Part shown: positions 12,793-25,303 of the stretch, piece by piece | How positions within the stretch are numbered: the first letter of the stretch is position 1 | Layout of the letters: the number at the start of each line of letters is the position of its first letter | DNA from: Octopus vulgaris | Lineage: Eukaryota | Direction: 5' to 3' | Length of the DNA stretch: 64,000 nucleotides | Assembly (NCBI GenBank): GCA_951406725.2 | Contig: OX597838.1 | Coordinates: 27,094,001 to 27,158,000, forward strand | Translations under genes and position numbers: made by a program | Notes under the pieces: generated by a model | What the model saw: only the letters and a program-made list of their open reading frames with translations | The model's database searches: none | Told to the model about the DNA's origin: nothing

Positions 12793-14742
12793 TTAACCCT
12801 TTCGTTACCAACCCGGCTGAAACTGCCTCTGGCTCTTTAGAACAAATGTCTTGTTTTCATAAGTTCTGAATTAAAATCTTCCATGAAACCTTTGTCAAAA
12901 TTTATGTTCCTAACACTAGCTTAATGATAGCTAAGTTATTTTACTAAATTTTTTGTTATATTTAAAATTAATCGAAAGAAACACAGAGCATCTCTAAATA
13001 AATATAGTAACAAATGGGTTAACATCACCATGATATTTTTAACCCTTTTGATACCAACCCAGCTGAAACTGCCTCTGGATCTGTGTACAAATGTCTTGTT
13101 TTCATAAGTTCTGAATTAAAATCTTCCACCAAACCTTAATCACAATTTATATTCCTAACTCTAGCTTAATGAGAACTAGGTTATTTTACTAAATTCTTTG
13201 TTATATTTAAAATTAATCAAAAGAAACACAGAGCATCTCAACAGAAATATGGTAACAAAAGGCTTAACATCACCATGATATTTTTAACCCTTTTGATACC
13301 AACCCAGCTGAAACTGCCTCTGGATCAGTGTACAAATGTCTTGTTTTCATAAGTTTTGAATTAAAATCTTCCACCAAACCATGGTCACAATTTATGTTCC
13401 TAACACTAGCTTAATGATAACTAGGTTATTTTACTAAATTCTTTGTTATATTTAAAATTAATCGAAAGAAACACAAAGCATCTCTAAATAAATATGGTTA
13501 ACAAAAGGGTTAACATCACCATGATATTTTTAACCCTTTTGATACCAACCCAGCTGAAACTGCCTCTGGATCTGTGTACAAATGTCTTGTTTTCATAAGC
13601 TTTGAATTAAAATCTTCCACCAAACCTTAGTCACAATTTATGTTCCTAACTCTAGCTTAATGATAACTAGGTTATTTTACTAAATTCTTTGTTATATTTA
13701 AAATTAATCGAAAGAAACACAGAGCATCTTTAAATAAATATGGTTAACAAATGGGTTAACATCACCATGATATTTTTAACCCTTTTGATACCAACCCAGT
13801 TGAAACTGCCTCTGGATCTGTGTACAAATGTCTTGTTTTCATAAGTTTTGAATTAAAATCTTCCACCAAACCATGGTCACAATTTATGTTCCTAATACTA
13901 GCTTAATGATAACTAAGTTATTTTACTAAATTCTTTGTTATATTTAAAGCAATTGAAAGAAACACAGAGCATCTCAACAGAAATATGTTAACAAAAGGGT
14001 TAACATCACCATGATATTTTTAACCCTTTTGATACCGACCAGGCTGGAACCACCTCTGGCTCTATAGAACAAATGTCTTATTTTCATAAGTTCTGAATTA
14101 AAATCTTCCACCAAACCTTAATCACAATTTATATTCCTAACTCTAGCTTAATGAGAACTAGGTTATTTTACTAAATTCTTTGTTATATTTAAAATTAATC
14201 GAAAGAAACACAGAGCATCTCAACAGAAATATGGTAACAAAAGGCTTAACATCACCATGATATTTTTAACCCTTTTGATACCAACCCAGCTGAAACTGCC
14301 TCTGGATCAGTGTACAAATGTCTTGTTTTCATAAGTTTTGAATTAAAATCTTCCACCAAACCATGGTCACAATTTATGTTCCTAACACTAGCTTAATGAT
14401 AACTAAGTTATTTTACTAAATTCTTTGTTATATTTAAAGCAATTGAAAGAAACACAGAGCATCTCAACAGAGGAAATATGGTAACAAAAGGGTTAACATC
14501 ACCATGATATTTTTAACCCTTTTGATACCGACCAGGCTGGAACCACCTCTGGCTCTATAGAACAAATGTCTTATTTTCATAAGTTCTGTATTAAAATCTT
14601 CCACCAAACCTTAGTCACAATTTATGTTCCTAACACTAGCTTAATGATAACTAAGTTATTTTACTAAATTCTTTGTTATATTTAAAGTAAATGAAAGAAA
14701 CACAGAGCATCTCCAAATAAATATGGTTAACAAAAGGGTTAA
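12793..14742 (+). repeat. Tandem array of 8 piggyBac-like MITE units (~245 bp period)
   Basis: Units start at TTAA 12793, 13039, 13284, 13530, 13776, 14020, 14266, 14513; each TTAACCCTTT...GGGTTAA (GGCTTAA in units 2 and 6), joined by an invariant CATCACCATGATATTT linker. Confidence 0.92.
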
Positions 14743-15589
14743 CATCACGATCAGTTATTTTTGTGGATTTTTTCTTCTTTTTTCGCGTGGGATGTGCTGT
14801 TGGCTATACAAAAACTGCATTTGCGAAATGAGAGGTCTCAACGATACGATTGAAACAATATTAGTTCCAGCTTATTAATTACAATTATTAATTATAAATC
14901 TGTTGTTTTTCAGTAAAAAAAAAAAAAAGGAAAAAAGCACAAAAAATAAAATAAGACAAAAAAAAATCAACAACAACTGCCATCATCAACCCCCAACCCT
15001 TTCCTTATTCCAGTTTTATTTCTTGTTCATTTCTGCCGGTCCTTTTTTTTGTTTCCAATTACTATTTTAAAGAATATCAATTCGTTATTAAATTAATTCA
15101 ACTGAATTTAATTACAGGAATTGGAGCAGCGCCGTCAGAGGCCTTTTAACACCAGAGAACAAACTGTGGAGAAAATCTACCTAGATGATTTTTAAGATTT
15201 TTTCCCCCCTAAAACACCAAAATTTGTTGGTATTTTTTGCTTTATTTTTTTGTTGTTATTTATTGAGAGAATTTTCATGGTGTTTGTCTTTGTTGTTGTT
15301 GTTGTAGAAATGTTTTTGTCTCTTATTCATTGTTAGAGTGGGTTGGATAGAGCTGCAATTTTTCAAACTTCTTTGCCATTTCTTGGAATGGAGCTCACTT
15401 TTTTACAAAATTCTAGGCACCAGCATGGCTGTGTGGTAAAGAAGTTTGATTCCCAGCCATGTGCTTTTGAGTTCCATCTCACTGCATGGGACCTTGGGCA
15501 AGTGTCTTCAAATCTAGCCCCAGATCGACCAAAGCCTTGTAAATGGATTTAGTTGATGGAAACTGTAAGAAGCTTGTGAATATATATTC

Positions 15590-15820
15590 CTTTATTCTTT
15601 TACTTGTTTCAGTCATTTGACTGCAGCCATGCTAGAGCACCACCTTAAGGGGTTTTAGTCGAAGAGATCAACCCCAAGACTTATTGTTTTGTTTGCCTAG
15701 TACTTATTCTATCGGTCTCTTTTGCTGAACCACTAGTTTACGGGAATGTAAACACACCAACGTTAATTGTCAAGCAATTGTGGAGGGGACAAACACAAAC
15801 ACATACATATATACACAGAC

Positions 15821-15851
<31 letters not shown>

Positions 15852-16022
15852 TATATATACAATGGGCTTCTTTCAGTTTCTGTTTACCAAATCCCCTCAC
15901 AAGGCTTTGGTCAGCCCGAGGCTATAGTAGAAGATATTTGTCCAAGGTGCCACGTAGTGGGACTGAATTTGGAAACATGTGGTTGGGGAGCAAGCTTCTT
16001 ACCACGCAGCCACTCCAGCTCC
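15590..16022 (-). mobile_element. Family A SINE
   Basis: Full-length reverse-complement match to 19240-19632. Confidence 0.85.
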
Positions 16023-16241
16023 TATATATGTGTGTGTGTATATATGTGTATATATATATGTGTGTGTGTGTATGAATATATATATATGTATGTATGCATA
16101 TATATGTGTGTGTGTATATATATATATATATGTGTGTCTGTGTGTATGAATATATATATGTATGTATGCATATATATGTGTGTATATATATATATATATA
16201 GTATGTATGTATGCATATATGTGTATGTATATATATATGTG

Positions 16242-16301
<60 letters not shown>

Positions 16302-16623
16302 GTTTGCTGTTCTGTTATAGGCTGTAGTTGATAAACATATCATTTAATGTATACAGTATTAAAATAAGAGCTAGTAATAGTTTCATGCCATGGAGACATG
16401 ATAATTCAGTAGATTTATATAATGCGCTTTGTGCCTCCAAGCAGTGTTTCAGGTTCACTGCACATGATTCGTCCTTCACCAGCATTCTGGTTTCCAAAAT
16501 AACACTAACCATGGATGCTAAACCTGGAAGATTGTTTGGGGACACAAAGCACATTATATAAATCCACTGAATTACTGTGAGTATCCATGGCATGAAACTG
16601 TTATTAGTTCTTATTTTAATACT

Positions 16624-17280
16624 CATCATCATCATCATCATCATTTAACGTCTGCTTTCCATGCTGGTATGGGTTGGAAGGTTTTGGCAGGTAAAAGACT
16701 TCACTAGACTTCTGTGTCTGTTTTGGCAGGGTTTTTACTGTTGGATGCCCTTCCTAACACCAACCACCCTGCAGAGTGGACTGGGTGCTTTTTATGTGGC
16801 GCCAGCGCAGGCAAGGTCAGTTTTGGCAAGGTTTTTACAGTTGGATGCCCTTCCTAACACCAGCCACCCTGCAGAGTGGACTGGGTGCTTTTTATGTGGC
16901 GCCAGCACAGGCAAGGTCAGTTTTGGCATGGTTTTTACAGCTGGATGCCTTTCCGAAATGCCCACCACTTCACAGTGTGAATTGGATGCTTTTTACTTGG
17001 CATTGAATTGTATGTTTGTGTGTAAGTGTGGGTGTGTATATGGCTGTCATCATCATCGTTTAACGTCCGCTTTCCATGCTAGAATGGGTTGGACGATTTG
17101 ACTGAGGACTGGCGAACCAGATGGCTGCACCAGGCTCCAATCTGATCTGGCAGAGTTTCTACAGCTGGATGCCCTTCCTAACACCAACCACTCCGAGAGT
17201 GTAGTGGGTGCTTTTACTTGCCACCAGCACTAGCAATAGCAGACTGACCCTCATGCCAGTGGCACGTAAAAGCACCCATA
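16624..17280 (-). mobile_element. Two family C (RTE 3' end) fragments, the first with an internal ~110-bp triplication
   Basis: GGATGCCCTTCC-type motif at about 16743, 16843, 16943 and 17167; (CAT)n tails. Confidence 0.75.
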
Positions 17281-17547
17281 CATGCATATATGAGTGTGTG
17301 TATAAGATTGTGTGTTTGTGTCTCCTTGTCTTGACTTTGCCTAATAGTTGTAAATGAGTGTCACTGTCATGCAAGCGGTGTCATTCACTTCCAATATTCT
17401 GCAGAAACATGTTTAGGTATGAGGAAATATTACCTTACTTGGAAACAGGTGAGGCTGTCAAAAGAAAGGTGAGTCAGCTGTAGAATATCTCCCTTAATAA
17501 ACCCCTTTGTCCCAATTCAAGCATGAAAAAGTGAATGTTGTTGTCGA

Positions 17548-17601
<54 letters not shown>

Positions 17602-17934
17602 CATCATTATTATTATCATGTGTAGACTCTTGAGCAGTGGTTCTCAACCTTTTTAATATCCAGGCTGGATCCAAAACCTGGGTTTTCTTAGGGGCCACAC
17701 CAAAAATAGTAAAACACAAGTCAATTAAAGAAAAATGTTTTATATTTATCGAGGGATCCTGGAACCAGGCTACCGAAAGTCCCGAGGAACACTGTTACTT
17801 CTCACTTGAATAAAATAACATCTTCACTTCATTAAACATTGCTTTGTATTCTTCCTTTTTGTTTTTACTTCTTTTTTGCTATACCTGGATGGGTTGGGTG
17901 GGTACACAGTGCTTGGGTTATATTTGACAGTTTG

Positions 17935-19236
17935 CCTTGGCAAAGAATGTACCCCTCAACATAGACTAGTAGTTAGCGACTTCAGGATCAGGGCTAAATG
18001 GATGGCTAGAAGACAACCAGCTTGGAGGAGAAGGGTCTGGAAGCTTAAAGATCCTGCAAATGGATAGAGATTTAGAGACATATTATTCGAAGCCTTTGAC
18101 AAGATAGAAGGGGATATAGCATCGCATAATGTGGAAGACAACTGGAGGTTTCTACAGGATAACCTGTTGAGAGCCAATGACCAGATCTGTGGATGGTGCA
18201 AAGTCCCCTCTTGAACCAAGGTAACTTGGTGGTGGAACAATGTGGTTGACAAGGCTATTAGAGAAAAGAAACAGGACTGGAAGAATGGTGGTAGCAGGGA
18301 ATTGTATCAGGCTGCCAGAAACGAAGCTAGGAGACAGGTTTATTTAGCCAGAGGGGAAGCAGATAAGAAAAGATTTGCCAATGTTCTGCGCCGTGAGGAC
18401 CAAAGACTTGAAGTATTTCATGTTGCAAGACAGTGTGTGAGAGAGTATTGTGATGTCGTAGGAGAGAAATGTGTCCACATGGATAATGGTTCACTTGCAC
18501 TAAATGATGCTGCAAAGAGAGAGGTTTGGAGACGCCACTATGAAAGGTTGCTCAATAAAGAGAATGAATGGGACAAAGAAAGTCTGCTGAATGTCAACCC
18601 AACCGAGGCAATGACTAGTGACCGAGGCCTTTGGAAATATGCTGTGCTTGAGAAGAACCGGCAAGCTAAGTGAGACCATAACCCATGGCCTAAGCCAGTA
18701 GTGTAACCAGCCCACTTATGCGTACTTTTCCTTCATTGGACACTAAACTCTGCTTGTGAAGACCTGTTGAGGCAAGTGAAATTGAAATCAAATTCGATGA
18801 CTGGCATCCGTGCTACTAGAGTGCTAAGACCACCATCTGAGTGTGATCAGTGCCAGGGCTACTGACTGGCTCCCATGCCGGTGGCGTGTAAAAAGCACCA
18901 TTTGAGTGTGATTGTTACCAGTGTTGCCTTACTGGCACTTGGGCCGGTGGCACATGAAAAACAACATTCGAGCGAGGTTGTTGCCAGTGCTGCTGAACTG
19001 GCTCCTGTGCAGGTGGCACATAAAGAACACCATTTGAGCGTAGCTATTGCCAATACTACCTGACTGGCACATAAAAGCACCCACTACAATCTCTGAGTGG
19101 TTGGCGTTAGGAAGGGCATCCAGCTGTAGAAACTCTGCCAGATCAGATTGGAGCCTGTGGCAGCCATCTGGCTCGCCAGTCCTCAGTCAAACCGTCCAAC
19201 CCATGCCAGCATGGAAAGCAAACATTTAACGATGAT
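17935..19236 (+). mobile_element. RTE-clade LINE, 5'-truncated, RT domain deleted, 3' UTR intact
   Basis: Translation gives end of APE domain (QHRLVVSDF), linker (VWKLKD, ICG, TWWWNNVVDKAIREKK, WRRHYERLLN), then jumps to C-terminal AMTSDRGLWKYAV; stop at 18671-18673; 3' UTR ends in (GAT)n. Confidence 0.88.
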
Positions 19237-19239
19237 GGC

Positions 19240-19632
19240 GCAGGAGTGGCTATGTGGTAAGTAGCTTGCTAACCAACCACATGGTTGCGGGTTCAGTCCC
19301 ACTGCGTGGCATCTTGGGCAAGTGTCTTCTGCTATAGCCCCGGGCCAACCAATGCCTTGTGAGTGGATTTGGTAGACGGGAACTGAAAGAAGCCTGTCGT
19401 ATATATATATATATATATGTGTTTGTGTGTGTGTGTGTTTGTCCCCCTAGCATTGCTTGACAACCGATGCTGGTGTGTTTATGTCCCCGTCACTTAGCCG
19501 TTTGGCAAAAGAGACCGATAGAATAAGTACTGGGCTTACAAAGAATAAGTCCTGGGGTCGATATGCTCGACTAAAGGCAGTGCTCCAGCATGGCCGCAGT
19601 CAAATGACTGAAACAAGTAAAAGAGTAAAGAG
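19240..19632 (+). mobile_element. Family A SINE, full-length reference copy
   Basis: Head TGGCTATGTGG (A box) ... GGGTTCAGTCCC (B box), CORE-like CTTGGGCAAGTG, internal (TA)(TG), tail CCAGCATGGCCGCAGTCAAATGACTGAAACAAGTAAAAGAG; many further full or partial copies in the window. Confidence 0.88.
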
Positions 19633-20634
19633 TATGATGATGATGACCACCTTGCATACAATACACAATCAAATATATAACATACAGTGCAGAACAGTTT
19701 GAAATTTGTATTGCTGTTGAATTTGCCTTACAACTGCTGTCAGACAAAACCTTTAAACTGGTAACATTTCATAGAAACAAAACCATAGAACTGTTATAGA
19801 ACTGTTGTTTCTGATAACAATGCCGTTGGTGTTCAAACAATTTTTCCATCTTGTTCTACAGGTTTTGCCATTCCAATAAACAAACAAAACAACAACAATA
19901 AATTTCTTTCATTTAACAATAATAGTTTCTTTAAAAGGAATATCCAAGGGATTTTTTTTCTGTTATGTTTTTTTTTTTTTTGGCAGGGTGGAGGTGGGGA
20001 GATTTTTTTTTTTTTTAGATTTGATTCGGAAAGCTATGGTGCTTAACTGGCTGACTCGATAGAATCTTGCATTTTATTTCTTCGTGGTGTTTGTGCTGAT
20101 TTTCTACTCTGCACTGAGATCAAATCCTGCTGAGATCACCTCTGTTTTTCTACCTTTCAGGATTCAATAAAAAAAAAAAAAAAGGTGCCAATCGAAGGCG
20201 GATAGAGTGGCAGGACTGTAAGTATGCCGAACCAACACATGCCTTGTGGTATTTGATATGGGTCTCTGCATTCTGAGTCAAGAAAAAAATAAACATAAAA
20301 TAATAATCCTTTCTATAGGCATGAGGTCTGAAATTTGGGGGATAGGGGCTTGTTGATTACATCGTCCCCACTGCTCACCTGGTACTTTATTCTTTGACCC
20401 CGAAAGGATGAAAGGCAAAGCTGACCTTCATAGAATTTAACCTCAGAACATAAAGACAAATGGAATCCCATAAGCGGTTTGCCTAGCATGACAATGATTC
20501 TGTTGGCTCACTGGCTTTTACACAAAATGATAATCATAATGACAATAACAAGACACAGGTGTGTAGTGGTGGATTAAGAGGGTCATTTGCCAACCACATG
20601 GATCTGAGTTTATTCCCACTGCACGGAGTAAAGG

Positions 20635-20900
20635 GTAGAGATCCCCTTTGGTCATGAATGACCATGGAATTGCACCTAGAAAGTTCCTCTCCAAGGCACA
20701 AGTCCCAGCAAGATTGTTTATGGAAGACCAGCAAGTCAACCATGCATACCAGCCTCTCCTCTCCATACCACCAATGTTATCCAAGGAAAAGGCAAAAGCT
20801 GATGCAGCTTGGCACCAGTGATGTCGCAACTCATTTCTACAGCTAAGTGAACTGGAGTAATGTGAAATAAAATGTCTTGCTCAAGAACACAACACACACA
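20635..20900 (-). mobile_element. SINE fragment with CORE/V-like domain
   Basis: Minus strand TGTGTTCTTGAGCAAGACATTTTATTTCACATTACTCCAGTTCACTTAGCTG; related pieces at ~10000-10140 and ~33430-33580. Confidence 0.6.
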
Positions 20901-21587
20901 GTCCATAACACCTTAGTATTTCTACAATTGTTTCATTGGAAATTTTATTTTGATATAAGCATAATGCAGTTGGTTAGATTACATAATATGTTGCATAACT
21001 CCCAACTCATCAGGCTACCAAATGAATGAGTGAGGAGTATTTTCTTCACTCTCCACTGCACTGAACTGATATCCTCTGCATCCAATTAATTCCCTATCTC
21101 TAATCATCTGTCACACTATTTTCACTCAGTGCACTTCCTATTCTGTCTTATTCATGTCATACTTGGATCTTACATCTCTTCCTTCCTCTCTCTCTTTCCA
21201 GGTAAGCAAGCCGTGTATTCACCTCTTCAGCAAGACACCTGTTCCTCTCCCTCTATCATAGTTTCTTTAACCTGTTTTATATTGAAACTGACCAGATCTC
21301 GCCTCTCACCTCAGCCCTACCATGTCATTCTAAAACTAAAAAGTCACATCACTGAAATCTCTAAACTACAAGATAATGCATGAATAATTCAAACCATTTT
21401 AAATGAACCAGCATCACATTTGACAGAATAATCTGAACACTAAAGGGTTATATTAACACAATAATCCAATATGAATGATCAATGCTGTCAACTGCTGAAC
21501 TGTCAATTGCTGACTGTCGACTGACTATCAACTGCTGACTATCAACTTGACAGTTCCTTACTTTATTGAAATGCGTTAGTCCACTTT

Positions 21588-21772
21588 GGGTCACATGGTT
21601 GTGGTCAGGATCCTTCCACATGTATGTATATGTGGGTCACATGGTTGTGGTCAGGATCCTTCCACATGTATGTATATGTGGGTCACATGGTTGTGGTCAG
21701 GATCCTTCCACATGTATGTATATGTGGGTCACATGGTTGTGGTCAGGATCCTTCCACATGTATGTATATGTA
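21588..21772 (+). repeat. 46-bp minisatellite, 4 identical units
   Basis: GGGTCACATGGTTGTGGTCAGGATCCTTCCACATGTATGTATATGT repeated four times. Confidence 0.95.
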
Positions 21773-22159
21773 TATGTGTGTATTCTTGTCTTATTAGACA
21801 GCAGTGTCTTTTGTTTCCAACCTTCTCTGGAAACATGTACAATTGTGAAGAAACATTACCTTACTTGATGACAAGAGAGATTTAATGACAGGCCATAAGG
21901 CCATAAGGAATCTGTCCCGACGAATACCATTTGACCCATGCAAGCATGGAAGAGCAAACATTGATGATTATAATGAAGGTTTGGGCTCACTCCTGAGGCT
22001 GTGGTAGAAAATGCCTTTCTATAATGCAGTGCGATGAAATTGAACTGGAAACCATGTAGACGAGAAGCCCTTCCATGACATGGTCATGGCTTTTTGGCTC
22101 ATGGTGTGGTGGTGTTGGTGGTGGTGATGTATGTGGGTGGAATTGAATTGAATGGTGGT

Positions 22160-22275
22160 CTGTTGTGATGTCATTGTGGTGGGGGGGGGTACTTTGAAAG
22201 AGAGAAGTGCAAGAGGAGAGAGGGGTGGCGTATATAAATAAAAGAATAAATCAGGCGGAAAATTCATTCACTTTT
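22160..22275 (+). promoter_or_regulatory. Possible TATA/Inr core promoter
   Basis: TATATAAATA at 22231, TCATTC Inr-like at 22264, upstream TGATGTCA (CRE-like) and CTTTGAA (TCF-like); motif evidence only. Confidence 0.25.
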
Positions 22276-22406
22276 CTCTCTCTCTCCTCCTCCCCCTCTC
22301 TTTCTCTTACTCTCTTTTTTCCTATTCTTTTCTCTCATTTGCATATGCAATCATGCACTCATATACAGACACAAAGGAACACGCCCATCATCATCATCAT
22401 CATCAC

Positions 22407-22407
<1 letters not shown>

Positions 22408-22445
<38 letters not shown>

Positions 22446-22530
22446 AATACACACATGGACGCACAGCCTCTTACACACACGCACACATATATATATCGAT
22501 GATGGTTTTATATATATATGTATGTATATA

Positions 22531-22574
<44 letters not shown>

Positions 22575-22583
22575 TGTATGTAA

Positions 22584-22626
<43 letters not shown>

Positions 22627-22630
22627 TATG

Positions 22631-22676
<46 letters not shown>

Positions 22677-22687
22677 TATGTATATAT

Positions 22688-22724
<37 letters not shown>

Positions 22725-22729
22725 CTATG

Positions 22730-22781
<52 letters not shown>

Positions 22782-22787
22782 TGTATG

Positions 22788-22847
<60 letters not shown>

Positions 22848-22910
22848 TATGTATGTATGTATATATATATAAATGTATTTGTGTGTATGTATGTATACAT
22901 ACACACATAG
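22408..22910 (+). repeat. Long interrupted (TA)n microsatellite
   Basis: Directly visible; similar tracts at 16023-16295, 35135-35440, 37340-37770, 47473-47785. Confidence 0.95.
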
Positions 22911-23119
22911 AGCCACAGAGAAGAAAGGATATTCTTTCTGTTAATGGCTAGAATATTGATGTATATAAAAGAGGAAAATATATTATTTATGAAAAATAAG
23001 GGAAGATAATTGGACCTTGTTCTGTTTATTTCTGTCTTCATCGATTTACCGACAGGTTATTTATATATACTCACACAAATATATACATAAGTATGTATGT
23101 ATGTATGTATGTGATGCGT

Positions 23120-23449
23120 GTGTATATGTATGTGTGTATGTATGTAATATATGTAATAACGAATGTATATTGTTGGTATGTGTGTATAAATGTAATGTAT
23201 TTATAGTATGTATGCAATGTGTGTATATGTGTGTGAATGTATGTAATATATGTAATAATGAATGTATAATGTAGGTATGTGTGTATAAATGTAATGTATG
23301 TATATTATGTATGCAATGTGTGTATATGTGTGTGAATGTATGTAATATATGTAATAATGAATGTATAATTGTAGGTATGTGTGTATAAATGTAATGTATG
23401 TATATTATGTATGCAATGTGTGTATATGTGTGTGTGAATGTATGTAATA

Positions 23450-23450
<1 letters not shown>
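23120..23450 (+). repeat. ~98-bp TG/TA-rich tandem repeat, about 3.5 units
   Basis: Repeated GTATGTAATATATGTAATAATGAATGTATAATGTAGGTATGTGTGTATAAATG. Confidence 0.85.
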
Positions 23451-23486
<36 letters not shown>

Positions 23487-23555
23487 ATTTACTGTGTCTG
23501 AAGTTTATTTAGATTCAATAAAAAATATTTATGTGAAAGTAAGAAATCTGACACA

Positions 23556-23600
<45 letters not shown>

Positions 23601-23897
23601 GTTGTTTCTTATCGACCAAACATCCATACATTCACCAATTCACCAAATAAGGTTCCTATGTTCCTCTATGCTATATTTGGATCAGTCGTTTTAGTTTCAT
23701 GTTAATCTAATCCTTTCTTAAAACGCTAAGAACCTCGTTGTGGCTTACATCTCGTATTCTATTGCATCTGATGAAGGGGAACAATAGGTTAAAGGTAAAC
23801 TGCCGCTCTGGGAAAGAATGCTAATTCAAAGAGGGAATAGCTTTTTTTGATAGAGAGACCGAACTTTGTGTTGTGAGCAAAAGAAATATGGGGTGGG

Positions 23898-24298
23898 AGG
23901 GGGGTGCTAAAATTTTCCTGGTTTTAAGGGTATCCCAAAAGGCCCAATTGGAGGCCCAACCTTCCAAGTTCTTTTACAGGGCTTAGAAAAACTGAAGGAC
24001 TGCTGCAATAAGTGTGCAAATCTGAGAAGGGAATAAGTTGAATAAATTTATAATTAACTGATCCTTCTGCATTTTCTTTTACCCAAAGCCAGGGAGTTTT
24101 CAGCACCCCTCATATATAATATATACATTAGAAGGTGCTGAAAAGTTCCTGGCTTTAAGGATATCATGAAAGGCCTGGTTGGAAGCCAACTTTTCAGGTT
24201 CTTTTACAGGGCTTAGAAAAACTGAAGGACCACTAGAATAAGTGTGTGAATTTGAAAGGGGAACATGTTGAATAAATTCATAATTAACTGATCCTCCT
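23898..24298 (+). mobile_element. Two mariner-derived MITEs
   Basis: TIRs GGGGTGCTAAAATTTTCCTGG / CCAGGGAGTTTTCAGCACCCC; interior encodes a mariner C-terminus-like GLEKLKD..NKCVNLKGEHVE*; second copy cut by a CAGTAATCCC pogo/Tigger-like end at ~24302. Confidence 0.7.
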
Positions 24299-25303
24299 GT
24301 ACAGTAATCCCTTGACTATCGCAAGTGTTATGTTCCAAAAAACCCTGTGATTGGTGAAAATCTGCAAAGTAGAAATAGTGCTGTACAGTATGTTTTTATA
24401 ATTTGTATATATTTATTTTATCATGCATGCAAAGCAACACCAAGGAGGAATTGACATAAGCTTAAATAATAAACCACAATAAGTGGTTTGAATGATTATT
24501 CTGGAGCATATTCACCATCTACTTCAATTACTGCTTCCCATTTGCTTAGCAGATGGTCAAACCATCACTTAAAGATGTTTTTGTTGAATAAAATTTGTTG
24601 GAAAAAAGCCACAGTAATTATGCACCAACCCAATATATATATATATATGTAGGTATGTATTTATGCATGTATATGTGTGTATATATATAAATATTTGCTC
24701 TCTACTTTGTCCATTTATGATGAGGACACATTTTTATTTGGGCAGTGGGGGAAATTAAAATGCTGTTTTAAGTACTGTAGTGGCTGGAATGGATTTTTGT
24801 TATATGTGTGTCTCATAAGAGTTGACCCGGGGTTAAACAACTACAACACAATTTCTCCTATCAGATCCAGACAAATATGAATCACACATCCACACAAAAA
24901 TAGATTCATTGATTGCTAAACTTGGCTCAGGACACTCTCTGCCGGGTTCCCAATCAACTGCTATAAATCTTGAAGAATAAAGCATAATGCCGCACACCAA
25001 GCAAATCCATCTGATTCATCTGTCTGAACTCTAACAGTCTCATTATTTATTCTGAAGCGATGCTTGCGAACTGCGGATTCGCTTCATGAAAATTTAATCA
25101 TAATCCTCATTGTCATTATCATTATCTTTGTTATCATCAGCATCTTCATTATCATTGGCATTATCATCATCATCATCATTGTCCTTTTTTCATCCACTTT
25201 TCCTGTGCATGCATTGGTCAGCCAGAGTTTTGCTGATCCTCACCTGTTTCCAAGGAAAGTAATATTTTCCTGTGGCTGGACATGTTTCCCACAGAAGACT
25301 GGT

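Noticed and set aside
12793-14742. Repeat-linker array as a CRISPR or integron-like cassette array
   Set aside because: Both the units and the linkers are near-identical, so there is no variable cargo.
21588-21772. 46-bp repeats as a CRISPR array
   Set aside because: Units are contiguous and identical with no unique spacers; eukaryotic context; no cas genes.
22207-22951. Long YI-rich ORFs (also poly-I, poly-N, poly-M and LS-rich ORFs elsewhere)
   Set aside because: Stop-free frames of microsatellites.
23765-23820. CTGATGAAGGGG as a hammerhead core (also ~59387 and minus strand ~61825)
   Set aside because: No properly placed stem II plus GAAA and stem I pairing.
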